The position numbers and the translations under genes are program-made. A stretch of DNA of 12,320 nucleotides from Archangium sp. (GTDB lineage: Bacteria; Myxococcota; Myxococcia; Myxococcales; Myxococcaceae): the NCBI GenBank assembly GCA_031367385.1, contig JANLPS010000218.1, positions 1 through 12,320 on the forward strand. The letters are read 5' to 3'. Shown in pieces: positions 1 to 7,073 of this stretch (position 1 is the first letter of the stretch; the number at the start of each line of letters is the position of its first letter). The notes under the pieces were generated by a model that saw only the letters and a program-made list of their open reading frames with translations, was not told where the DNA came from and did not search any database.

Positions 1-231
1 GTGACCGACACCTCAGACGTGAACATTCAGGCCGTTCACGCTTACAGCTCGAGCAGCCAGTCGTACTACGACACCTTCACGCAGAGCCTGACGCCGATGA
101 CGCAGGGCCAGACCGTGCGGGTGGTGTGCTCGGTCGACAACTCGGCCTCGATGGCTGCAGCGGTCAACGGCGCGCTCTACGTTGATTCGATCTCGGTGGC
201 GTTGGTCAAAGACACGTCGCTGAACCAGTGA
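1..231 (+). CDS. 3' end (partial) of paralog 1 of the tandem beta-rich lipoprotein family; C-terminal CBM-like domain
   Basis: Frame is open from the window edge to TGA at 229-231. Last 37 aa RVVCSVDNSASMAAAVNGALYVDSISVALVKDTSLNQ match the end of the 270-2486 protein at 28/37 positions by manual alignment. GTG at 1 is an internal Val; the true start lies upstream of the window. Confidence 0.9.
   Translation: MTDTSDVNIQAVHAYSSSSQSYYDTFTQSLTPMTQGQTVRVVCSVDNSASMAAAVNGALYVDSISVALVKDTSLNQ
118..231 (+). repeat. Paralog repeat: 3' end of gene 1 vs 2373-2486 (3' end of gene 2)
   Basis: 20-nt exact match TGCTCGGTCGACAACTCGGC at 127-146 and 2382-2401. Flanking differences are mostly at third codon positions. 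Confidence 0.85.
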
Positions 232-269
232 TTTCAGTTTCACGACAAAGAAACCAAAAGGGCTCTTTT

Positions 270-2486
270 ATGAACCTGAAACAGCGCATGCTCTGCGCAT
301 GCATCGGTTTGGCGTTGGCCTGTGGGCCCTCCAAATACGACCAGAACCAGACCGCCGTGCCCATCACCCCGACCGGCTCGCTGGTCGGCCGGGTCACCGA
401 CCTCGCCACCGCGCTGCCGCTCGAGGGCGTCACCGTCACCGTGGTGGGGCCCACCCGGCTCACCGCGACCACTGACGCGGCCGGCCTCTATTCAATCAAC
501 GAGGTCACCGTGAACAGCAACTTCTCGGTGCTCTACGAGAAGGCTGGGTATTTGCGCAGCATCGGCAGCGCGAGCTTGCCGGGGAGCGCTGGCACCGCGC
601 CGCTCGCAGGGGGCTTTCAGTCGCTCAACATTCAAATGGCCAAGGGCGACGGCGAAGTGCGCGGCTCGCTCTACTTGCCCAACGGCACTCCGGCTGTGGG
701 CGCCACCGTGCTGATCGACCTGCGCCAAGCGGGGTACGACGCGCTGGTCACGGCAGTCACCGACATGACCGGAGCCTTCAAGCTTGCCGGCCTGGCCTCG
801 TCTCCCTCGGGCCAGTACTACAACGTCTACGCGCAGTACTTCGACCAGAACGGTGACGGTTCACCCGACTTCGGGGCCTTCTCGAACGGCGTCTACGTCT
901 TCTCCGGAGCCCCGGCGCGCGTGTTCATGCAGTACAACAACATCGGCCAGCGGGTGCTGACCTCGAACGTGCTCAGCGGTGAAATCGGCGCCAGCCAAGA
1001 CCTCAAGTTCACCTTCTCCTTGCCGGTCGTGCCGGTCAGCCACACCGGCGACGCGAGCGACAAGATCACCCTCTACAGCTACACCCTGGGCACCACGGTC
1101 GGCTTCACCGCGACCTGGGTGAGCGCGACTGAGCTCACCATCAAAGTCGACGGCAACCTGACCGAGGGCGGCCGTTACGAGCTCGACTTCAACGGCCTCG
1201 AGACGGTCGGCGGGGGCCAGTTCTATTCGTCGTACATCTTCCAAGTGCGCGGAGCGACCGTGGTCGGGCCCAGCGCTCCGGTGACCAACTTCACGGTCAG
1301 CAGCAACACCAGCGAGCCCACCAAGTTCAACTTCGACACCAACACCTTCGTCGTCGCCTTCGACCCGGTACCCGGCAACACCACCTATTGGGTGTACGCC
1401 AAAGACGACGGCCCGAACCCGGGCTTCAGCCGCATCAGCACCATCAACATCAACCAGCTCAGTGGTCACGTCAGCAGCACCGTGCAGGTGCCGTTGAGCA
1501 ACTACGCGCCGCTCGCCAACGGCCGCAAGGTGACCTTCGCGGTGGTGCCGGTCGACGTTTATGGCAACGCAGGGGCAATCTCGTCAGCGCCGAGCGTCAC
1601 GGTGCAAGACAACACCGCGCCCACGACCTACACGGTCACCGCGGTGAGCCCGGTCGACGCGATCAACGATACCGCCGCTGCCACCACCATCGTGCTCTCG
1701 CTCGCCTACAGCGAGCCGATGGACCAAACGGTCAAGCCGGTGCTCACCAGCGTCGGCGGCACCTTCGCCCAGACCTTCGTCTGGGACGCCACCGGCAACC
1801 AGGGGCTGTTGACCCTCACCGTGCCGGCGAACAAAGACCTCTCGGGCAGCTTCGTGATTCGCGGAGGCAAAGACGCCGCGGGCAACTCGCTCTCAGGGCC
1901 TGACTTCACCGGGGTCTTGGGCGGCCGCCAGGAGCTGCTCGTCAACGGCGGCTTCGAAGACGGCGCCGGCGCCTGCAGCCTCACCGGGTGGTCTCAGTCT
2001 CAGACCGGCGGCATGCCGGTCAGCACGTCGGTCGCGGGGGCCGGGTTGCCGAACTCGGGTCGCTGCGCGGCGCTGATCGGCGCTCCCTTGGGCAGCGCTC
2101 CGCAAGTCGGCTCGAGCAAGCTCTCGCAAGACGTCTCGGTGCCCGACCTCACGATGAAGCCCTCGTGGAAGCTCGAGTTTCGTCACTCAGAGCGCCCTGA
2201 GTACTTCAGCCCCTCGGGCATGAACGTCGCCGTGGCCCAGAAGTGCCAGATCACCACCACCGCTGACGTGCTGGTGCAGGGCGTCTACAGCGCGCTCTCG
2301 GGCAGCCAGTCGTCGTACAACGGGCCGATCATCACCACCATCACCCCGGCCGCGACCGGGGCCGTCACCTGGCGCGTGGTCTGCTCGGTCGACAACTCGG
2401 CGTCGATGGCCCCTGCAGTCAACGCGGCGCTGTACCTCGATGATTTGTCATTCGCATTGGTCAAGACCACGTCTTTCAACAACTAA
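270..2486 (+). CDS. Large lipoprotein, paralog 2 (738 aa): two carboxypeptidase-regulatory/prealbumin-like domains, Ig-like/FN3-like domains, C-terminal CBM4/9-like jelly-roll
   Basis: ATG at 270 preceded by AAAAGGG. Signal peptide II MNLKQRMLCACIGLALA|C (Cys at 321). GSLVGRVTD..PLEGVTVTV..TTDAAGLY and GEVRGSLYLPNGTPAVGATV..TDMTGAFKL are prealbumin-like repeats. YSEPMD and FTFSLPV are Big-like motifs. LLVNGGFED..GW..LYLDDLSF brackets a galactose-binding-like domain. Confidence 0.88.
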   Translation: MNLKQRMLCACIGLALACGPSKYDQNQTAVPITPTGSLVGRVTDLATALPLEGVTVTVVGPTRLTATTDAAGLYSINEVTVNSNFSVLYEKAGYLRSIGSASLPGSAGTAPLAGGFQSLNIQMAKGDGEVRGSLYLPNGTPAVGATVLIDLRQAGYDALVTAVTDMTGAFKLAGLASSPSGQYYNVYAQYFDQNGDGSPDFGAFSNGVYVFSGAPARVFMQYNNIGQRVLTSNVLSGEIGASQDLKFTFSLPVVPVSHTGDASDKITLYSYTLGTTVGFTATWVSATELTIKVDGNLTEGGRYELDFNGLETVGGGQFYSSYIFQVRGATVVGPSAPVTNFTVSSNTSEPTKFNFDTNTFVVAFDPVPGNTTYWVYAKDDGPNPGFSRISTININQLSGHVSSTVQVPLSNYAPLANGRKVTFAVVPVDVYGNAGAISSAPSVTVQDNTAPTTYTVTAVSPVDAINDTAAATTIVLSLAYSEPMDQTVKPVLTSVGGTFAQTFVWDATGNQGLLTLTVPANKDLSGSFVIRGGKDAAGNSLSGPDFTGVLGGRQELLVNGGFEDGAGACSLTGWSQSQTGGMPVSTSVAGAGLPNSGRCAALIGAPLGSAPQVGSSKLSQDVSVPDLTMKPSWKLEFRHSERPEYFSPSGMNVAVAQKCQITTTADVLVQGVYSALSGSQSSYNGPIITTITPAATGAVTWRVVCSVDNSASMAPAVNAALYLDDLSFALVKTTSFNN
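1526..1556 (+). repeat. Paralog repeat: 30/31-nt match to 3807-3837 (KVTFAVVPVD block)
   Basis: CAAGGTGACCTTCGCGGT[G/C]GTGCCGGTCGAC at 1526-1556 and 3807-3837. A second high-similarity block lies at ~1901-1991 vs ~4194-4284. Confidence 0.85.
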
Positions 2487-2505
2487 ACTCCGAAGGGTTC
2501 ACCTT

Positions 2506-4755
2506 ATGAAACGCAGTCTCGTCATTCTCCTTGCCGCGCTCGCCGCGTGCAACGGCACCTCACAGTCGAAGTATGACCAGCAACAAACCCAAGTCGCGAT
2601 CACCCCCAAGGGTTCAATCGTCGGCCGCGTGACCGAGGTCGGCACCTCGACCCCGTTGGGCGGCGTCTCGGTCACCTTGAACGCGCCGACGCCGGTCACG
2701 GTCACCACCACCGATCAGGGCCTCTTTCAGTTCAACGACGTCGTGGTGAGCAGCAACTTCGTGATTTATTTCGACAAGGGCGGTTATCTGCGCAGCACCG
2801 CCACCACCCAGGTGCCGGGCTCGGTGAACTACGCCGGAGCGACTCCGCTCGCCGGCGGCGTTGCGTCGGTCGACATGTCGTTGGCCAAGGCCGACGGGTC
2901 AATTGGCGGGTTCTTGTTCTTGCCCAACGGCCGGCCGGCGGTGAACGCGACCGTGGTGGTCGACCAGCGCCGAAGCTACCTCACCATGGTCGGCAGCACC
3001 GGCCAGTGGGAGTCAGTCGTCACGGCCAAGACCGGCATGGACGGCTCTTTCACGCTCACTGGCCTCGCTGAGGCCCCCGCTGGCGTGACCCACCGGGTCG
3101 TGGCCCAGTGGTTCGACGCGAACGGCGACATGCAGGCCGACTACGGCGGCGTCAGCACCTCGGTCGACGTGCTCGGCACCTCGCCCGCCCGCATCTTCAT
3201 GCGCTACGACGACATCGGCCAGACGGTGATCGACTCGAACATCTTCGACGGTGACCTGCTGGCCACCGACCCGATCACCTTCACCTTCGCGCTGCCGGTG
3301 CTCACCAGCGGCCAGAACGGCAGCATCGTCAACCAGTTCACGCTGGTCGATCAAACGGTCGGCACCCAGGTCGCGGTCGAGCAAACCTGGGAAAACCCCA
3401 CCAAGGTCAGCCTCAAGCCGGTCGGCGGCAATCTGCGCGAGGGCGACATCTACCAGGTGGCGATCAACCTGAAGCAGGTCAACGGTGGCTCAGGGCTGCC
3501 GGTCAGCAGCTTCAACTTTCAGGTTCGCGCGTCGACGGTCACGCAGCCGACGACCCAGGTCACCAACTTCACCGTGACCAACCCGGGTCGCACGCCGGCC
3601 ACCAACTTCGACTGGGCCGACAACGCCTTCTTGCTCAGCTTCAACACCGTGCCGGGCATCAGCACCTATTACATCTACGCGCGTGACACGACCTCGAACC
3701 CGGCGTTCGTCTTCGTTCGCGCCTACAACATCTCGCTGGGCACCGGCCGCACCACCATCACGGTCGGGTTGCCCTTCAACCAGGGCCGCCCGCTGCAAGA
3801 GGGCAACAAGGTGACCTTCGCGGTCGTGCCGGTCGACCGCTACGGCAACACCGCGCCGCTGGGCATGGCGCCGACGGGCACGGTGTCAGACAACATTCAG
3901 CCTCGCGCGACGTCATCGGCCCCCTCGCGGGTCGGCGCGGCCGAGCCCGACGGCATCAACGACACCGCCGCGGCGGCGACCATCGTGCTGCGCCTCAACT
4001 ACAACGAGCCGATGGATGCGACGCTCGCGCCCGTCTACACGAACTCGGGTGGCGCGGTGACGCAGTCGTTCGTCTGGGAAGCCGGCGCGACCTCGGGTCT
4101 GTTGACCCTCACCATCCCCGCGGGTGGCGACATCACTGGCCCGTTCACCATTCGCGGTGGCAAAGACGTCGCGGGCAACGTGCTCGCGGCGGCTGACTTC
4201 ACCGGCACGCTGGGCGGTCACAAAGAGCTGCTGGTCAACGGCAACTTCGAAGACGCGGCGGGCGCCTGCGGCCTCACCGGGTGGAACGCGACGGGCACCC
4301 CGGCCCCGACCTCGGTGCCGAACAACAACAGCTCGACCACCGGCAAGTGCGGCGCGCTGATTGGCTCAGCCATCGGAGCGACTCCGGTCACCGGCTTGAC
4401 CAAGATCTCGCAAGACGTGGTGCTGCCCGACATCACCAACGGGTTGGGCTGGTCGTATCAATTTCGGTACGACTACCGCACCGAGTACGCCACCACCGGC
4501 ATGCCCGCGGTGGTCACTCAGCGCTGCCGCATCACCGACACCTCAGACGCGGTGCCGGTCGGCTTCCCCACCTTGTTTACGTCTTCGTCGGGCAACACCG
4601 GCGGCTTCGTGACCAACACCCTGGCCCCCGGCCTCCCCCCGGCGCAGACGATTCGCTTTCAGTGCGAGGTGAACAACGCCACCACGAATTCGGCCAACGC
4701 GGCGATATTCCTCGACAATGTGTCGGTCGTGCTGGTCAAGCCGGGCACGCTCTAA
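2506..4755 (+). CDS. Large lipoprotein, paralog 3 (749 aa), same domain architecture as paralog 2
   Basis: ATG at 2506 preceded by GAAGGG, 19 nt after the previous stop. Lipobox MKRSLVILLAALAA|C (Cys at 2548). Colinear with paralog 2 end to end (SKYDQ, GYLRS, PLAGG, PARIFM, VTNFTV, KVTFAVVPVD, INDTAAA, IRGGKD, ELLVNG.FED). Confidence 0.9.
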   Translation: MKRSLVILLAALAACNGTSQSKYDQQQTQVAITPKGSIVGRVTEVGTSTPLGGVSVTLNAPTPVTVTTTDQGLFQFNDVVVSSNFVIYFDKGGYLRSTATTQVPGSVNYAGATPLAGGVASVDMSLAKADGSIGGFLFLPNGRPAVNATVVVDQRRSYLTMVGSTGQWESVVTAKTGMDGSFTLTGLAEAPAGVTHRVVAQWFDANGDMQADYGGVSTSVDVLGTSPARIFMRYDDIGQTVIDSNIFDGDLLATDPITFTFALPVLTSGQNGSIVNQFTLVDQTVGTQVAVEQTWENPTKVSLKPVGGNLREGDIYQVAINLKQVNGGSGLPVSSFNFQVRASTVTQPTTQVTNFTVTNPGRTPATNFDWADNAFLLSFNTVPGISTYYIYARDTTSNPAFVFVRAYNISLGTGRTTITVGLPFNQGRPLQEGNKVTFAVVPVDRYGNTAPLGMAPTGTVSDNIQPRATSSAPSRVGAAEPDGINDTAAAATIVLRLNYNEPMDATLAPVYTNSGGAVTQSFVWEAGATSGLLTLTIPAGGDITGPFTIRGGKDVAGNVLAAADFTGTLGGHKELLVNGNFEDAAGACGLTGWNATGTPAPTSVPNNNSSTTGKCGALIGSAIGATPVTGLTKISQDVVLPDITNGLGWSYQFRYDYRTEYATTGMPAVVTQRCRITDTSDAVPVGFPTLFTSSSGNTGGFVTNTLAPGLPPAQTIRFQCEVNNATTNSANAAIFLDNVSVVLVKPGTL

Positions 4756-4788
4756 GGCGCACGCCCGTTCTGGCTCAATTCGTTTGAA

Positions 4789-4826
4789 AGAAGCCTCGGC
4801 GAGCACCGCCGGGGCTTCTGTGTTTT
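4789..4826 (+). terminator. Rho-independent terminator closing the lipoprotein array
   Basis: 13-bp stem AGAAGCCTCGGCG (4789-4801) / CGCCGGGGCTTCT (4807-4819) with one G-U pair, 5-nt loop AGCAC, followed by GTGTTTT. It starts 33 nt after the stop codon at 4755. Confidence 0.75.
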
Positions 4827-4889
4827 CGACGCCCGTTCGGAGCGCCGCGAATTCGGCACCCACGCGGTCTCGGGGTAGAAGCTGCAGGC

Positions 4890-5738
4890 ATGTTGCAACG
4901 GCTCCCGCTGCTGGTGGTGGTGATGGCGGCGAGCGCGCTCGCGCAAACCACGAGCCCCGTGGTCGGGCCGACGCTCAAAGACCTGATGCAGGCCCGAAAT
5001 ATGGCGATGGGCGGCGCCTACGAGTCGCTGGGCTACGGCGCAGAGGTCATCGCCGGCAACCCGGCCGCGCTCTCGCTCTACAAGCGGTACCAAATCGAGG
5101 CCAACGGCGCGTGGGACGTGCCCAGCGGCTACGTCACCGGCGGCGTCTCGCTGGCCGACTCCTCGTCGAGCGCGCTGGCGATGGGCATCTCGTACAACTT
5201 CGCCACCTTCGGCGCGTATGACCGGCGCTGGGCGCACCTGACCACCGTGGCCCTGGCCCTGGCCATCGCCGAGTGGCTGCACATCGGAGTCTCGGGCCGC
5301 CACCAGGTCATCACCGGAGCGACGAACACCAACTCGATTACCGTGACGGCCGGCATCGTCTTCAAGCCGTTCGAGTGGCTCTCGATGAGCTTCTCGGGCC
5401 ACAACCTGATTCCCAACTACAACGCCGACGTCGTTCGCTACTTCGTCGCCAGCGTCAGCAGCCAAATCGCAGGGCAGCTCTCGCCCGTCTTCGACCTGAG
5501 GATGGACTTCAACCAGCCGACCCCGCGCCTCGCGTACATGGGCGGCGTCGAATGGCTGATCGCGATGCGCTTTCCACTCCGCGCGGGGTACCAGTACGAC
5601 AACATCGGCAACCACCAGTACCTCTCAGCCGGTGCCGGGTGGTTCGTCGAGGGCAGCGGGTTCGACCTCTCGTACCGCCATGAGATCAAAGGCGACGAGG
5701 GCCGGTTGATCGCGCTGACCGTCAAGCTGCAGCTCTAA
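4890..5738 (+). CDS. Outer-membrane beta-barrel protein, FadL/PorV/PorQ-like (282 aa)
   Basis: Signal peptide I (MLQRLPLLVVVMAASALA|Q). N-terminal plug motif ARNMAMGGAY..IAGNPAAL resembles the ARxxGMGGA..NPA signature of FadL/PorV-type barrels. Amphipathic strands (WLHIGVSG, YMGGVEW, PLRAGYQYD, LSAGAGW, FDLSYRH) and a terminal strand LIALTVKLQL. Confidence 0.75.
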   Translation: MLQRLPLLVVVMAASALAQTTSPVVGPTLKDLMQARNMAMGGAYESLGYGAEVIAGNPAALSLYKRYQIEANGAWDVPSGYVTGGVSLADSSSSALAMGISYNFATFGAYDRRWAHLTTVALALAIAEWLHIGVSGRHQVITGATNTNSITVTAGIVFKPFEWLSMSFSGHNLIPNYNADVVRYFVASVSSQIAGQLSPVFDLRMDFNQPTPRLAYMGGVEWLIAMRFPLRAGYQYDNIGNHQYLSAGAGWFVEGSGFDLSYRHEIKGDEGRLIALTVKLQL

Positions 5739-5746
5739 GAAAAAAG

Positions 5747-6346
5747 TCACTCCGCGAGCAGGGTGGCCGCGTCGCGCTGCACTTGCTCGACCGAAGCCGG
5801 CTCGTTGAATTGGTAGAACCCGCGCACCTTCAGGTGCTTGTCGACCAGCACGAAGTAGCTGCCATGTACCAGCGACGCCAGGTTCGAGGGGTCGACCGGC
5901 GCGTCCATCGGCTGGAGCATGCCCTCCACGATGACCTTGTTCAGCGCCGCGCGCTCACCGGTCAAGAACGACCAGCGCTCGGTGGCCTCGTACTTCGCCC
6001 CATACGCCAGCAACCGCTCTGGCGTGTCGTACTCGGGGTCGACCGTCATGCTGACCAGCTGCAACCCCGGGGGGCCGTGCTTCTGAATCGCCGCCATCTT
6101 CGCGGTGAAGGTCGGGCAGATGGTCGGGCAGCGGGTGAAGATGAAGTTCGCGACCCAGACCTGGCCCTCGAGCGACTTCGAGCCGAACGGGGCGCCGTGT
6201 TGGTTGACGAAGTCGAAGGCCGGCACGCTCGAGAGCACCGGCAGCGGCTCGGCACGACGGCTGGCCAGCAGCTTCGGAGCCACCAACACCACCGCCACGG
6301 CCACCGACCCCAGCACCGCGAACCACAGGCTGGGCCGCTTGATCAC
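5747..6346 (-). CDS. SCO1/SenC family copper-binding thioredoxin-fold protein
   Basis: N-terminal membrane anchor; FIFTRCPTICP (CxxxC); SMTVDPEYDTPERL; WSFLTG; conserved His in VHGSYFVLVD. The GTG start overlaps the upstream stop (GTGA, 6343-6346). Confidence 0.93.
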   Translation of the reverse strand: MIKRPSLWFAVLGSVAVAVVLVAPKLLASRRAEPLPVLSSVPAFDFVNQHGAPFGSKSLEGQVWVANFIFTRCPTICPTFTAKMAAIQKHGPPGLQLVSMTVDPEYDTPERLLAYGAKYEATERWSFLTGERAALNKVIVEGMLQPMDAPVDPSNLASLVHGSYFVLVDKHLKVRGFYQFNEPASVEQVQRDAATLLAE

Positions 6347-7014
6347 GCCGCGGCGTCTTTTTCGGGCGCGGCTTCTTTTTCGATCAGCACTTCTTTTTCA
6401 CCGGGCTTGCGGTTGCGCAGGGTGCCCAGCACGCGATCGAGCCACATGTAGCTGATGCCGTAGTTGGTGGTCGAGTCGGCGAAGTGGTGCGACATGTGGT
6501 GCGCGCGCAGTTTGCGGCCCCACGCGGTGAGCGGCTTTCGGTGGTGCGTCGACCAGTGCAGAAAGTCGTACCAGAGGTAGCCCAGCACCAGCCCTGACCA
6601 GTACGGCACGGTGACTTCGGCGTGGCCGGCGAGCGAGAGGCCGAACCAGATGATGGCCGCCAGCGAGATGCTCACCGGCAACGGCATCACCAGCCGGGTG
6701 TCGTCGTCGGGGTACTTGTGGTGAAAGCCGTGCACGATGTCATGAAAGCGGCGGGTGAACGGCCCCGAGCCTTCGTAGTGAAAAACCTTCTTGTGAATGA
6801 CGTACTCGAGCAGCTGCCACGTCACCCACCCGAGGGGAAAAAAGGCGACGGTGAGCACGGGCGTCGTGACGCCGGTGCCCAGGCTGTAGCCGAGAATGCC
6901 GAACGCCACCGGGAGCCAGAAGATGAACGGCATCGACGGGTGCACTTTCGAGAAGAACTCGAAGAAGGCGCTGTCGAACATGCGCCCACGCGTATTTCGG
7001 ATGTAGTCCTTCAT
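6343..7014 (-). CDS. Fatty acid hydroxylase / sterol desaturase superfamily membrane enzyme, FA2H/Scs7-like, no cytochrome b5 domain (223 aa)
   Basis: Four His boxes: EYVIHKKVFH, HGFHHKYP, YDFLHWSTHH, HHMSHHF, plus NYGIS..LDRVLGT. Hydrophobic spans lie between them. ATG at 7014 (MKDYIRN) is preferred over TTG at 7053; ATG at 6981 is an alternative. Confidence 0.9.
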   Translation of the reverse strand: MKDYIRNTRGRMFDSAFFEFFSKVHPSMPFIFWLPVAFGILGYSLGTGVTTPVLTVAFFPLGWVTWQLLEYVIHKKVFHYEGSGPFTRRFHDIVHGFHHKYPDDDTRLVMPLPVSISLAAIIWFGLSLAGHAEVTVPYWSGLVLGYLWYDFLHWSTHHRKPLTAWGRKLRAHHMSHHFADSTTNYGISYMWLDRVLGTLRNRKPGEKEVLIEKEAAPEKDAAA

Positions 7015-7073
7015 GTCTGGGCACCGTGTAGCCAAGCTGGCCCCCAGGCGCAATGAGGAGTGGTTTCAATCAC

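Noticed and set aside
228..269. ORF-track N-terminal extensions (starts at 228, 2440, 7053, 8223)
   Set aside because: They bury the signal peptides or overlap neighbouring genes. Downstream ATGs at 270 and 2506 have RBS-like motifs and lipoboxes; 8484 avoids a 182-bp overlap with the divergent gene; 7014 is a preferred ATG, though less certain.
118..2486. Similar 3' ends of genes 1 and 2 as a diversity-generating retroelement TR/VR pair
   Set aside because: Mismatches are mostly third-position and not adenine-specific, both copies are coding, and no reverse transcriptase is present in the window.
270..5738. TraA/TraB kin-recognition locus or SusC/SusD-type pair
   Set aside because: No Cys-rich repeats or MYXO-CTERM tail in the lipoproteins, no OmpA domain on the barrel, the barrel is far too small for a TonB-dependent receptor, and the lipoproteins are all-beta rather than SusD-like.
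5736..5768. Bidirectional terminator at the convergent barrel/SCO junction (A6 run)
   Set aside because: The gap is only 8 bp. The adjacent stem needs G-U pairs that become mismatches on the strand carrying the U-tract.
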